A stretch of DNA of 64,000 nt. It comes from Mustelus asterias. Lineage: Eukaryota. A program made the translations under genes and the position numbers. Shown piece by piece: positions 49,562 through 60,024 of this stretch (position 1 is the stretch's first letter; each line of letters begins with the position of its first letter). The DNA is taken from the NCBI RefSeq assembly GCF_964213995.1, contig NC_135809.1, positions 36,456,001 through 36,520,000 on the forward strand, given 5' to 3'. The notes below the pieces were generated by a model. The model was not told the origin of the DNA and searched no databases. It saw nothing but the letters and a program-made list of their open reading frames with translations.

Positions 49562-49697
49562 ATGATGTGGAGATGCCGGCGTTGTACTGGGGTAAACACA
49601 GTAAGAAGTTTAACAACACCAGGTTAAAGTCCAACAGGTTTATTTGGTAGCAAAAGCCACACTGTTGGACTTTAACCTGGTGTTGTTAAACTTCTTA
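49562..49697. mobile_element. Family P2 fold-back mini-element
   Basis: Inverted arms plus tail. TSD CTCTGTGGGTTGTT at 49548-49561 and 49698-49711. Confidence 0.85.
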
Positions 49698-50249
49698 CTC
49701 TGTGGGTTGTTCCCAGGGATGCAGAGATAAACATTAACTGCCAATGGAGGACCATCAACTCAAGGAAAGCATTTTTGGTCAGTCTGAAATGAATTTGTTG
49801 GTCCTCCAGTGCCAAGAGCTGTCAATGGCCCAAGGTTCAGGAATACATGCCAAGGAACACACTGCCACAAAAGGACATGAGGCTCTCTCACTATGGTCCA
49901 CCAGGGGTCTGAAAACTGTATAAAAACTCAAGCTATAATTTTGACATGCGACATTGTAATTAATTGGAAATGTAGTAACATACAGCAGTAAGAAACATTG
50001 TTTTGCACTTAATGTAATGTAAACGTTGAACTGTCATGTAATATTTGTATAATTTTATGAAGATATGGGGGGGGATAAAGTCCGAATGATTAAGCTCCAG
50101 ACACACTGGCTGGAGAGGCGACAGGGAGCTAACGCCCAGAGAGCAGGAGCCCGGTCGGTAAAGGAGGGAGACTCTGGGGGAAGTTGGTGCCCCGGTCACC
50201 CGCTCACAGCGGCTTCAGCGAAGGAAACACACCCTTACCCCTCACTTAC

Positions 50250-50264
50250 CAGGAACTGGAACAT
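50250..50264 (-). CDS. STMP1: STMP1 coding exon 1 (15 coding nt, MFQFL)
   Basis: agaATG TTC CAG TTC CTG|gtaagt inside the CpG island. Human STMP1 starts MLQFL. Phase 0 joins exon 2 to give a 47-aa product. Confidence 0.9.
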
Positions 50265-50618
50265 TCTGCTCTCTAGACCGAGGTGTACACCTGGGCCTCG
50301 CTCTCACTCCGCCTTCTCCACACCGCCCAGCGCAAGAGTGCGCAGGCGCGCCCTCACTCCGTGGCGGCGGGCCGATGGCACCACCATGTTGGGAAGGTCG
50401 TTGCGCCCCTCCCCCCGGGTCAACAACAGGAATCCGTCTCCTCTCAAAACTTCACGGGAAAGAGGAGGTCAATGCGTGACCTTCCCAAGATGGCGCTGCG
50501 CTGGTGCCGTTGGCCTGACGCCATGTCCGGCTGGCAGCTGCAGTTTCCGGTTGCTGTGCAGCCGGCTGGCGAGAGTCAGTGAGGAGTGCTATCCTGAGAG
50601 GGCCGGTTCCAGCTGGGG

Positions 50619-50868
50619 ATGACGGACCGCGCTCCACTGCTCGAATACGAGGAAGGTCCCTCTGTCACCTTCCCGTCCTGGGATGGCACCAGCCCGGCTG
50701 CCGGCAACGGAGCCGGATTAGCGCCCGGCGTGTCCGGCGGCGGAGCTGCCGAGAGCTGGAGCCCGGGGTCGGAGCGGGAGGCGGCCGCGACTCCGGGAGC
50801 TCAGCAGCAGGAGGAGGAAGAGGAGCAGGTGGTGGCGGTGTTTGTGGTGACTTTCGACACCAGAGCAG
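50619..50868 (+). CDS. DENND11: DENN domain-containing protein 11 (KIAA1147/LCHN), coding exon 1
   Basis: MTDRAPLLEYEEGPS...EEEQVVAVFVVTFDTRA(G), then donor G|gtgaga at 50869. Matches human APLL..EGP and EEDQVVAVFVVTFDPRSG. Confidence 0.92.
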
Positions 50869-51071
50869 GTGAGAGGCCGGGTTCTCAACAGCAGCATTCC
50901 CCCCATACAGAGTCCGCAATTAAAATGGCTGCAGAGTCAACGGGAAGATGGCGGGGTATCCGTGACAGCAGCAGGAGGAGGAGGAGGTATCCATGGGGAC
51001 AGGGAGGAGGAAGGGAGTATCTGTGGTACTCGAGGGGGGCAGGGGATGGGTTGTCTGTCCCCTACTTTGGT

Positions 51072-51179
51072 AAGAGTTTTAACAACACCAGGCTAAGGAT
51101 CTTTATCCTGGTGTCTTTAGCCTGGTGTTGTTAGAACTCTTACTGTGTTTACCCCAGTCCAACGCCGGCATCTCCACAT
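51072..51179. mobile_element. Family P2 fold-back mini-element
   Basis: Inverted arms plus tail. TSD CCCTACTTTGGT at 51060-51071 and 51180-51191. Confidence 0.85.
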
Positions 51180-52133
51180 CCCTACTTTGGTCACAGCTAA
51201 GTGATTTTAATCTGCAACAAAATGTAGGATTGATGCCTATGTCCCTTTCATGTTATCGAGATGTAAAAAGTTCACTGCAGACCCAGTTGCTCGGGCGTAA
51301 CTTAGTCACAGTAAGAGAGAGAATACAACAGGTGATTGAAATGTCATTGTTCCTTTCATTGGAAGCCAGTTGGATTTGACTTAGATTGACCTCTGCCATG
51401 TAGAATCTGCTTAGATAAATGAATTATCCTGGAGTTTGTGGTGGACGAGATGGGAAGGGCACAGTAAGTCCAATGCTAGCATCTCCACACAAAATGGGAA
51501 AGGGTTGCTGCCTGATTGCTACCTGCCATCCTGCAAGTTCTGTTGGATGGTTGTGGCATTGGTTGCTTTTGAATTTGCCAAGAGTTGTATCCAAGATCAT
51601 AGTGTGCCGGAGTGAAAATGATATGAAATAAAGTATTATCACGTATTTAACATTAGATTAAATGAACAAGTGGGTGTTGTAATGCATTGAGCAGAGGAAG
51701 CCCAATGCTCTATCTACTCTGTTCTTCCAAATATGCCGTGGGTTTCCTTACTGTGATTCAAGGGACAGTAATCTTGTATTGTGTCAGCTTTCCTTGTAGG
51801 AATTCAGTGAGCCTTTTTAAAACCTTACCGTGCTTTGCTCTTGACTACTAATAGTAATCTGTTCTGCAATTCTATCAGCATTACTTGCCTTTCTTCCCAG
51901 TCCAGTCATCTATATATTTTGTGTAATAAACTGAAGATTGCTAAGTCGAGGATACCTTTTGGAATTGTGAATCTGAAGTTTTGGATATGTTCTTAGGGAA
52001 AAGGGAGTTTTGGGCAAGATAAATTCCAGGCCCTAATTGTTGCTGTCTGTCCCTCAATTAGAGGATGACGTCTACTCAGGATCACAAGTTTCTTCCATGG
52101 GTCTTCATGTGACTGAATAGGCTGATTCTCTAT

Positions 52134-53790
52134 TTGCGTATACTCCCTCCGAGTGTCTCGGAGGGAGTTGTTGACCCGTTAGAGAAAATCTCCATTACAA
52201 GGGAGGAAGTGTTAGGTTTTTTAGGGAACATTAAAATTGACAAAGCCCCAGGGCCTGATGGCATCTATCCTAGACTGCTCAGGGAGACGAGAGATGAAAT
52301 TTATGGGCCTCTGACGGAAATCTTTGTTGCTTCTTTGGACATAGGTGAGGTCCCTGAGGATTGGAGGATAGCGAATGTGGTCCCGTTGTTTAAGAAGGGT
52401 AGCAGGGATAACCCGGGAAATTATAGGTCGGTGAGCTTGACGTCTGTGGTAGGGAAGTTGTTGGAGAGGATTCTTAGAGATAGGATGTACGTGCATTTAG
52501 AACGGAACAATCTCATTAGTGACAGACAGCATGGTTTTGTAAGAGGGAGGTCGTGCCGTACAAATTTGGTGGAGTTTTTTGAGGAAGTGATAAAAACGGT
52601 TGACGGAGGAAGGGCCGTGGATGTCGTCTATATGGATTTCAGTAAGGCATTTGACAAAGTCCCATATGGCAGGTTGGTTAAGAAGGTTAAGGCTCATGGG
52701 ATACAAGGAGAAGTGGCTAGATGGGCGGAGAACTGGCTTGGCCACAGGAGACAGAGGGTCGAAGGGTCTTTTTCCGGCTGGAGGTCTGTGACCAGTGGTG
52801 TTCCGCAGGGCTCTGTACTGGGACCTCTGCTATTTGTGATATATATAAATGATTTGGAAGAAGGTGTAACTGGTGTTATCAGCAAGTTTACGCATGACAT
52901 GAAGATGGCTGGACTTGCGGATAGCGATGAGCATTGTCGGGCAATACAGCAGGATATAGATAGGCTGGAAAATTGGGCAGAGAGCTGGCAGATGGAATTT
53001 AATCCAGATAAATGCGAAGTGATGCATTTTGGAAGAAATAATGTAGGGAGGAGTTATACAATAAATGGCAGAGCCATCAAGAGAATAGAAACACAGAGGG
53101 ACCTAGGTGTGCAAGTCCACAAATCCTTGAAGGTGGCAACGCAGGTGGAGAAGGTGGTGAAGAAGGCATATGGTATGCTTGCCTTTATAGGACGGGGTAT
53201 AGAGTATAAAAGCTGGAGTCTGATGATGCAGCTGTATAGAACGCTGGTTTGGCCACATTTGGAGTACTGCGTCCAGTTCTGGTTGCCACACTACCAGAAG
53301 GAAGTGGAGGCATTAGAGAGAGAGTGCAGAGAAGGTTTACCAGGATGTTGCCTGGTATGGAGGGTCTTAGCTATGAGGAGAGATTGGGTAAACTGGGGTT
53401 GTTCTCCCTGGAAAGATGGAGAATGAGGGGAGATCTAATAGAGGTGTACAAGATTATGAAGGGGATAGATAGGGTGAACGGTGGGAAGCTTTTTCCCAGA
53501 TCAGAAGTGACGATCACGAGGGGTCACGGGCTCAAGGTGAGAGGGGCGAAATATAACTCAGATATTAGAGGGATGTTTTTTACACAGAGGGTGGTGGGGG
53601 CCTGGAATGCGCTGCCAAGTAGGGGGTGGAGGCAGGCACGCTGACATCGTTTAAGACTTACCTGGATAGTCACATGAGCAGCCTGGGAATGGAGGGATAC
53701 AACTGATTGGTCTAGTTGGACGAAGGAGCAGCACAGGCTTGGAGGGCCGAAGGGCCTGTTTTCCTGTGCTGTACTGTTCTTTGTTCTTTT
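52134..53790 (+). mobile_element. CR1 LINE, 5'-truncated, one frameshift
   Basis: RT ORFs 52134-53426 and 53249-53644; tail TGTTCTTTGTTCTTT. Confidence 0.92.
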
Positions 53791-53830
53791 ATATCTGGGT
53801 GCACATTGATCAGGGCATCCCACATCGCCT

Positions 53831-54163
53831 CGGGGAGGTGATGGCCTAGTGGTATTATCGCTAGACTATTAATCCAGAAACTCAGCTAATGTTCTGGGGA
53901 CCCGGGTTCGAATCCTGCCACAATGGTGGAATTTGAAGTAAATTAAAAACATCTGGAATTAAGAATCAATTGACCATGAAACCATTGTTGATTATTGGAA
54001 AAACCCATCTGGTTCACTAATGTCCCTTTAGGAAAGGAAATCTGCCTAGTCTGGCCTACATGTGACTCCAGAGCCACAGCAATGTGGTTGACTCTCAACT
54101 GCCCTCGGGCAATGAATGCTGGCCAGCCAGCAAGGCCCATGTCCCATAAATGAATTTTTAAAA
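53831..54163 (+). mobile_element. tRNA-derived SINE (third family)
   Basis: A box TGGCCTAGTGG and B box GGTTCGAATCC. The 3' tail GGGCAATGAATGCTGGCC...CCCATAAATGAATTTTTAAAAA is shared with the LINE tail at ~28215-28270. Confidence 0.75.
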
Positions 54164-55345
54164 AGTAGTGGGGTCCGGAGTGCAGGGTTAACTCCCTTTT
54201 CTTTCCTTCTGTACCACTGCTCTGCCTCCTCATTAAGACGTTGTCTTAAAACACGATACAGCTTGATGGACAAGTTGTCACCATTCTGAAGGATAGTAGC
54301 AAGCTCTTCCCAATCATTAATGTCAATGCTACCACACTTCAAGGAGGGCTTTGGGTTGGCTTTGAAGTGTTTTCTTTGTGCTCCCTTGGAATATTGGTCA
54401 CTTGAGCGTTGAGAAAAGAGGACCTAGCAGGGGGGGATGATTTTCGGCCTTCCAGGCAGAATCCAGTTCATTGAAGTTGATTTTACCACAGTTTTCCATG
54501 AATGCTTGTGGAGCTGGCTTCGAGAAGGACATTAACATTTGTTCCACGGCCTTTCATTAAATTCACAGGATGTGACAGAGGTATTGCTGCTGTAATCTTT
54601 CGAGCACTCTTACATTTTGTTGATACACAGCCTAGGTCTCACTGCAGTACAGGAGTGTGATGGTGACTATTGCTCTGTACACTTGGACTTCTGTTGACTT
54701 GCAGAGGCCTTTGTTGTCAAACATGCTGCTGTAGTTTGTAGAAGGCTGTGCTGGCACAGTTAATCCAGTCTGAAATCACCTCATCAATGGTGACTGTTAG
54801 AGAGATGGCCGCCAAATATTCCAAAGTGTCTCCTTCAACATTTCTGGGAGGTGAGTATCTGGCTGACCAGGTGCAAGTTGACATGAGTTTTGTTTTGGCA
54901 ACATTCAAAGACATGCTGAATTTCCTCTGTGCAGAACTGAAAAGAGTTGCTTGCAAATCTGGTGCAGGGAATGCATAGGAATGGATAATGTAGAGGTACT
55001 TCGGTTAACTTTGAAAATGGATTGGATTTAAAATCCTTCCAGCCTGTCCAACCTTGTATCACTTCAACCACTGGTCCCCTGACTTTAGCCTCCTGTGCAT
55101 GCCAGTTCCCCACCCTCATTTCTCTACTGCATCTTTAGTGCGAGAGATTTCAGTCGTTTTTTGAAACTCCTTCCCAAACCTTTGCACTTCTAGCTTTCAC
55201 CTCTCTGTTATGTCTAGTAGCTCTTGTACAAAGGACGGAGTGTCTGCTCTCGGGCACTTTTAGGCATTTTACATTGAAAGCATTGAGGTATTAGTGAATG
55301 TGTGTACTATAGTGAATGACTATAATGACTGCTGTTCCAAGTAAT

Positions 55346-55475
55346 CACAATAAGAGTTTTAACAACACCAGGTTAAAGTCCAACAGGTTTATTTGGTAGC
55401 AAATGCCACTAGCTTTCGGAGCGCTGCTGCTTCGTCAGATGGAGTGGATATCTGCTCACAAATAAGGAATACCAA
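55346..55475 (-). mobile_element. Family P2 element retaining hammerhead core
   Basis: Same AACAACACCAGGTTAAAGTCCAACAGG core. Direct repeat GTTCCAAGTAAT at 55334-55345 and 55476-55487. Confidence 0.78.
55406..55442 (-). ncRNA. Minimal type-I hammerhead ribozyme motif
   Basis: CCAU CUGACGA A GCAGC-AGC-GCUCC GAAA GC UA GUGG. The core is complete, stem I is CCAU/GUGG, stem II has one mismatch, and palindromic AGCU replaces stem III. Confidence 0.7.
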
Positions 55476-55662
55476 GTTCCAAGTAATACCTTCTAAGCAA
55501 TGATGCTTGCAGATATAGATAGTGTCTGGAAACATGATACATGATCTGTAGAAAAAATGAATAATTGGCACTTTAGATGTAGGTCGTTTTAACAAAGTGT
55601 GCAAACTCAGCTTAATCCCTCTGTTCTGAATGCTTCCACGTTTTGTTGCTGATTCTGGAACA

Positions 55663-55835
55663 GACCAAAGATGTGCAGGTAGGTGAATTGGCCATACTAA
55701 ATTGCCCCTTGGGGGTGTAGGGGGATTACCAGGATAAACACGTGAGGTTACGGGGATAGGGCCTGGGTAGGATTGTTGTTGATGTAGGCTCAATGGGCCG
55801 AATGGCTTCCTTCTGCACTGTAGGGGTTCTATGAT
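55663..55835 (+). mobile_element. V-SINE type A, 3' half
   Basis: CCAAAGATGTGCAGG...GGTTCTATGAT. Confidence 0.8.
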
Positions 55836-56789
55836 TTGGCCCTTCATGCCTGTTCTGCCATTCATGGCTGATCTTCTACCTCAACTCCACACTCGTGCAT
55901 ATCCACATATTCCATAGTTCCCTGGGTATCCAAAAATCTGTTGGCCTCAGTCTTAAATATAATTCTGTCTGACGAAAAGAATTCCAATGATTCAGAATCC
56001 TTTGACTGAAGCATTTTCTGCTCATAAAAACATAGAAAACTACAGCACAAAACAGGCCCTTCGGCCCCACAAGTTGTGCCGAACATATCTCTACCTTTTA
56101 GGCCTACCTATAACCCTCCATCCTATTAAGTCCCATGTACTCATTCCGGAGTCTCTTAAAATACCCTATTGAGTTTGCCTCCACCACCACTGACGGCAGC
56201 CGATTCCACTCGCCCACCACCCTCTGTGTGGAAAACTTCCCCCTAACATTTCCCCTGTACCTACCCCCCAGCACCTTAAACCTGTGTCCTCTCGTAGCAG
56301 CCATTTCCACCCTGGGAAAAAGCCTCTGAGAGTCTACCCGATCTATGCCTCTCAACATCTTATATACCTCTATTAGGTCTCCTCTCATCCTACGTCTCTC
56401 CAAGGAGAAAAGACCGAGCTCCCTCAGTCTATCCTCATAAGGCATGCCACTCAATCCAGGCAACATCCTTGTAAATCTCTTCTGCACCCTTTCAATCTTT
56501 TCCACATCCTTCCTGTAATGAGGCGACCAGAACTGAGCACAGTACTCCAAGTGGGGTCTGACGAGGGTCTTATATAGCTGCATCATTATCCCCGGACTCC
56601 TAAACTCAATCCCTCGATTGATAAAGGCCAGCACACCATACGCCTTCTTAACCACCTCCTCCACCTGCGGGGCCGATTTTAGAGTCCTATGGACCCGGAC
56701 CCCAAGGTCCTTCTGATCCTCTACAGTACTGAGTCTTTCCCTTTATATTGTACCTGCCAAAATGGACCACTACACATTTATCTGGGTTG

Positions 56790-59700
56790 GACCATTGGGA
56801 CCTCTTTAGGGGCAGGGGTGATCTGTATACAAAAAACGGGTGGAACTTGAATCACACGGGGACCAATATCCTGGCCGGTAGGTTGGCTAAGGTTACTGGG
56901 GAGAATTTAAACTAGATAGGTTGGGGGGAGGGGAGCTAGAAGAGTTGACTAGGATCAAGGAACTAATTGATGGGGTGGAGGATGCAGGGGTAAGGGGAAT
57001 TACAAAATTAATGGTAGAGGAGAGGGTGCAAGTGAATGAAGGCGGTAATTTAGATAAGGGAGTAGAGGGAGAGGGTGTTCGTGACTCATCAAAGCGGGTC
57101 CAGATAAAAGCTGGAATAAGGACACTTTGCCTGAATGCACGAAGCATTCGGAACAAGGTAAATGAGTTGATGGTGCAAATCAGCACGAGTGGGTACGATC
57201 TAGTGGCCATTACAGAAACGTGGCTGAAAGGTGACCAGGACTGGGAGATGAATATCCAGGGGTATCAGGCGTTTAGGAAGAATAGACAGGAAGGAAAAGG
57301 TGGTGGGGTCGCGCTATTAATAAGAGATAATATCAGGGTAGTACTGAGGGATGACATAGGCTCTGAGGAACAAAACGTGGAATCATTATGGGTAGAGATG
57401 AGGAATAGTAGAGGGAGAAAGACACTAGTAGGTGTGGTATATAGGCCCCCAAATAATAATGTTGAGGTAGGGAGGGCTATAAACAAGCAGATAAGGGATG
57501 CGTGTAAAAACGGAACGGCAATAATCATGGGGGACTTCAACATGCACATTGACTGGCAGACTCAAGTCGGTAAGGGTGGAATGGAGGAAGAGTTCTTAGA
57601 ATGCTGTCGGGATAGTTTCCTTGAACAGCATGTTACGGAACCGACGAGGGAACGAGCTATTTTGGATCTGGTATTGTGTAACGAGGTAGGTAGAATTAAG
57701 GATCTTATTGTGAAGGACCCTCTTGGGTCTAGTGACCACAATATGGTCGAATTTCTGATTCAGATGGAAGAGGAGAAAGTTTGGTCCCAAACCAGTGTCC
57801 TCTGTTTGAACAGAGGGAAATATGATAGGATGAGGGATGAATTGGCTAAGGTAGACTGGGAGAGCAGGCTGGCAGGTAGGATAGCTGAGGAACAGTGGAG
57901 GATTTTTAAGGAGATCCTTTTCAGTTCTCAGCAAAAATATATTCCAGCAAAAAACAAGGATTGTAAGAAAAGGGAGAACCAGCCGTGGATAACGAAGGAA
58001 ATAAAGGAGAGTATTAAAATAAAAACAGCTGCGTACAGAGTGGCCAAAAATAGTGGAGAAACAAGTGATTGGGAAAAATTTAAGAAACAACAAAGAGAGA
58101 CTAAGAAAGCGATAAAGAAAGGAAGGATAGACTATGAAGCTAGGCTAGCAATTAATATAAAAAATGATAGTAAAAGTTTTTATAAATATATAAAAAGGAA
58201 TAGAGTGGCTAGAGTGAATGTTGGACCCTTGGAGGACGAGAGGGGGGAGTTAATAGTGGGAAATGAGGATATGGCTGAGTCTTTAAATAAGTTTTTTGTG
58301 TCGGTCTTCACGGTGGAGGACACAAATAGTTTGCCAAATATTAACGATAGAGGGTTGGCAGCAGGAGAAATACTTAATACAATTAATGTTACCAGAGAGG
58401 CAGTGCTGGGTAGACTAATGGGACTGAAGGTGGATAAGTCCCCTGGTCCGGATGGAATGCATCCCAGGGTATTGAAAGAAATGTCAGAGGTAATAGTGGA
58501 TGCGTTAGTGATTATTTATCAAAACTCGTTGCATTCTGGGGTAGTGCCGGTTGATTGGAAAACGGCTAATGTTACGCCGCTGTTTAAAAAAGGAAGGAGA
58601 CAAAAGGCGGGTAACTATAGGCCGGTCAGCTTAACGTCTGTAGTAGGGAAAATGCTGGAATCCATTATTAAAGAGGAGATAGCAGGGCATCTGGATAGAA
58701 ATGGTTCGATCAATCAGACGCAGCATGGATTCATGAGGGGAAAGTCGTGCTTGACGAACATGTTGGATTTTTATGAAGATGTGACTAGGGCGGTTGATGG
58801 AGGAGAACCGGTGGATGCGGTGTTTTTGGATTTCCAAAAGGCGTTTGATAAGGTGCCCCATAAAAGGCTGCTGAAGAAGATTAGGGCACACGGAGTTGGG
58901 GGTAGTGTGTTAAAGTGGATTGGGGACTGGCTATCCGACAGGAAGCAAAGAGTCGGAATAAATGGGTGTTTTTCCGGTTGGAGGAAGGTAACTAGTGGCG
59001 TGCCGCAGGGATCGGTACTCGGGCCGCAACTATTTACCATTTATATAGATGATCTGGAGGAGGGGACGGAGTGTAGGGTAACGAAGTTTGCAGACGACAC
59101 AAAGATAAGTGGAAAAGTGAATCGTGTGGAGGACGGAGAAGATCTGCAGAGAGATTTGGACAGGCTGAGTGAGTGGGCGAGGATATGGCAAATGGAGTAT
59201 AACGTTGAGAAATGCGAGGTTATACACTTTGGAGGAAATAATAACAAATGGGATTACTATCTCAATGGAAACAAATTAAAACATGCTACCGTGCAAAGGG
59301 ACCTGGGGGTCCTTGTGAATGAGACGCAAAAGCCCAGTCTGCAGGTACAACAGGTGATCAAGAAGGCAAATGGGATGTTGGCCTATATTGCGAAGGGGAT
59401 AGAATATAAAAGCAGGGATGTCTTGATGCACCTGTACAGGGCATTGGTGAGGCCGCAGCTGGAATACTGTGTGCAGTATTGGTCCCCTTATATGAGGAAG
59501 GATATATTGGCATTGGAGGGAGTGCAGAGAAGGTTCACCAGGTTGATACCTGAGATGAGGGGTTTGGATTATGAGGAGAGGCTGAGGAGATTGGGTTTGT
59601 ACTCGTTGGAGTTTAGAAGGATGAGGGGGGATCTTATGGAGACTTATAAGATAATGCGGGGGCTGGATAGGGTAGAAGTGGAGAGATTCTTTCCACTTAG

Positions 59701-60024
59701 TAAGGAAGTTAAAACTAGAGGACACAGCCTCAAAATAAAGGGGGGTCGGTTTAAGACAGAGTTGAGGAGGAACTTCTTCTCCCAGAGGGTGGTGAATCTC
59801 TGGAATTCTCTGCCCACTGAGGTGGTGGAGGCTACCTCGCTGAATATGTTTAAAGCGTGGATGGATGGATTCCTGATCGGTAAGGGAATTAAGGGTTATG
59901 GGGATCAGGCGGGTAAGTGGTACTGATCCACGTCAGATCAGCCATGATCTTATTGAATGGCGGGGCAGGCTCGAGGGGCTAGATGGCCTACTCCTGCTCC
60001 TATTTCTTATGTTCTTATGTTCTT
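56790..60024 (+). mobile_element. Young 5'-truncated CR1-clade LINE (ORF1 C-terminus + intact ORF2 + 3' tail)
   Basis: Begins in the ORF1 end (..GTNILAGRLAKVTGENLN*) and ends in a (TTCTTATG)n tail. It interrupts a minus-strand CR1 whose sequence rejoins across the insertion. Confidence 0.95.
56921..59926 (+). CDS. CR1 ORF2: APE endonuclease + reverse transcriptase, uninterrupted
   Basis: Endonuclease motifs CLNARSIRNK, AITETWL, IMGDFN, LDLVL and SDHN. RT motifs [33 protein letters not shown] and FADD. No stops over 1001 codons; the true initiation codon is uncertain. Confidence 0.93.
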   Translation: MGGGELEELTRIKELIDGVEDAGVRGITKLMVEERVQVNEGGNLDKGVEGEGVRDSSKRVQIKAGIRTLCLNARSIRNKVNELMVQISTSGYDLVAITETWLKGDQDWEMNIQGYQAFRKNRQEGKGGGVALLIRDNIRVVLRDDIGSEEQNVESLWVEMRNSRGRKTLVGVVYRPPNNNVEVGRAINKQIRDACKNGTAIIMGDFNMHIDWQTQVGKGGMEEEFLECCRDSFLEQHVTEPTRERAILDLVLCNEVGRIKDLIVKDPLGSSDHNMVEFLIQMEEEKVWSQTSVLCLNRGKYDRMRDELAKVDWESRLAGRIAEEQWRIFKEILFSSQQKYIPAKNKDCKKRENQPWITKEIKESIKIKTAAYRVAKNSGETSDWEKFKKQQRETKKAIKKGRIDYEARLAINIKNDSKSFYKYIKRNRVARVNVGPLEDERGELIVGNEDMAESLNKFFVSVFTVEDTNSLPNINDRGLAAGEILNTINVTREAVLGRLMGLKVDKSPGPDGMHPRVLKEMSEVIVDALVIIYQNSLHSGVVPVDWKTANVTPLFKKGRRQKAGNYRPVSLTSVVGKMLESIIKEEIAGHLDRNGSINQTQHGFMRGKSCLTNMLDFYEDVTRAVDGGEPVDAVFLDFQKAFDKVPHKRLLKKIRAHGVGGSVLKWIGDWLSDRKQRVGINGCFSGWRKVTSGVPQGSVLGPQLFTIYIDDLEEGTECRVTKFADDTKISGKVNRVEDGEDLQRDLDRLSEWARIWQMEYNVEKCEVIHFGGNNNKWDYYLNGNKLKHATVQRDLGVLVNETQKPSLQVQQVIKKANGMLAYIAKGIEYKSRDVLMHLYRALVRPQLEYCVQYWSPYMRKDILALEGVQRRFTRLIPEMRGLDYEERLRRLGLYSLEFRRMRGDLMETYKIMRGLDRVEVERFFPLSKEVKTRGHSLKIKGGRFKTELRRNFFSQRVVNLWNSLPTEVVEATSLNMFKAWMDGFLIGKGIKGYGDQAGKWY

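Larger units (their letters stand above)
50100..51050. promoter_or_regulatory. CpG island / bidirectional promoter shared by STMP1 (-) and DENND11 (+)
   Basis: The only strongly GC/CpG-rich unique segment in the window. The divergent ATGs (50264 and 50619) are about 355 bp apart. NRF1-type TGCGCAGGCGCG at 50339-50350 and YY1-type AAGATGGCG at 50487-50495. Confidence 0.85.
52038..55310 (-). mobile_element. Decayed RTE-clade LINE, 3' region split by a CR1 and a tRNA-SINE
   Basis: IDEVISDWINCASTAFYKL and KCGSIDINDWEELA are RTE-type C-terminal motifs. A putative tail continues at 53790-53830 and 52038-52130. Confidence 0.65.

Noticed and set aside
50065-50622. 185-aa ORF and other overlapping ORFs in the CpG island
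   Set aside because: GC-rich sequence is stop-poor and there is no recognisable protein. It overlaps STMP1 exon 1 antisense and the promoter.
50869-51134. C-terminal half of the 171-aa ORF 50619-51134
   Set aside because: It reads through the splice donor at 50869 into intron and a P2 element.
38601-55475. Repeated ~30-nt palindromic motif AACAACACCAGGTTAAAGTCCAACAGG resembling CRISPR repeats or pre-miRNA hairpins
   Set aside because: The copies are dispersed, not regularly spaced, have TSDs and lie in a vertebrate genome. They are explained as mobile-element copies, and no small-RNA evidence is available.
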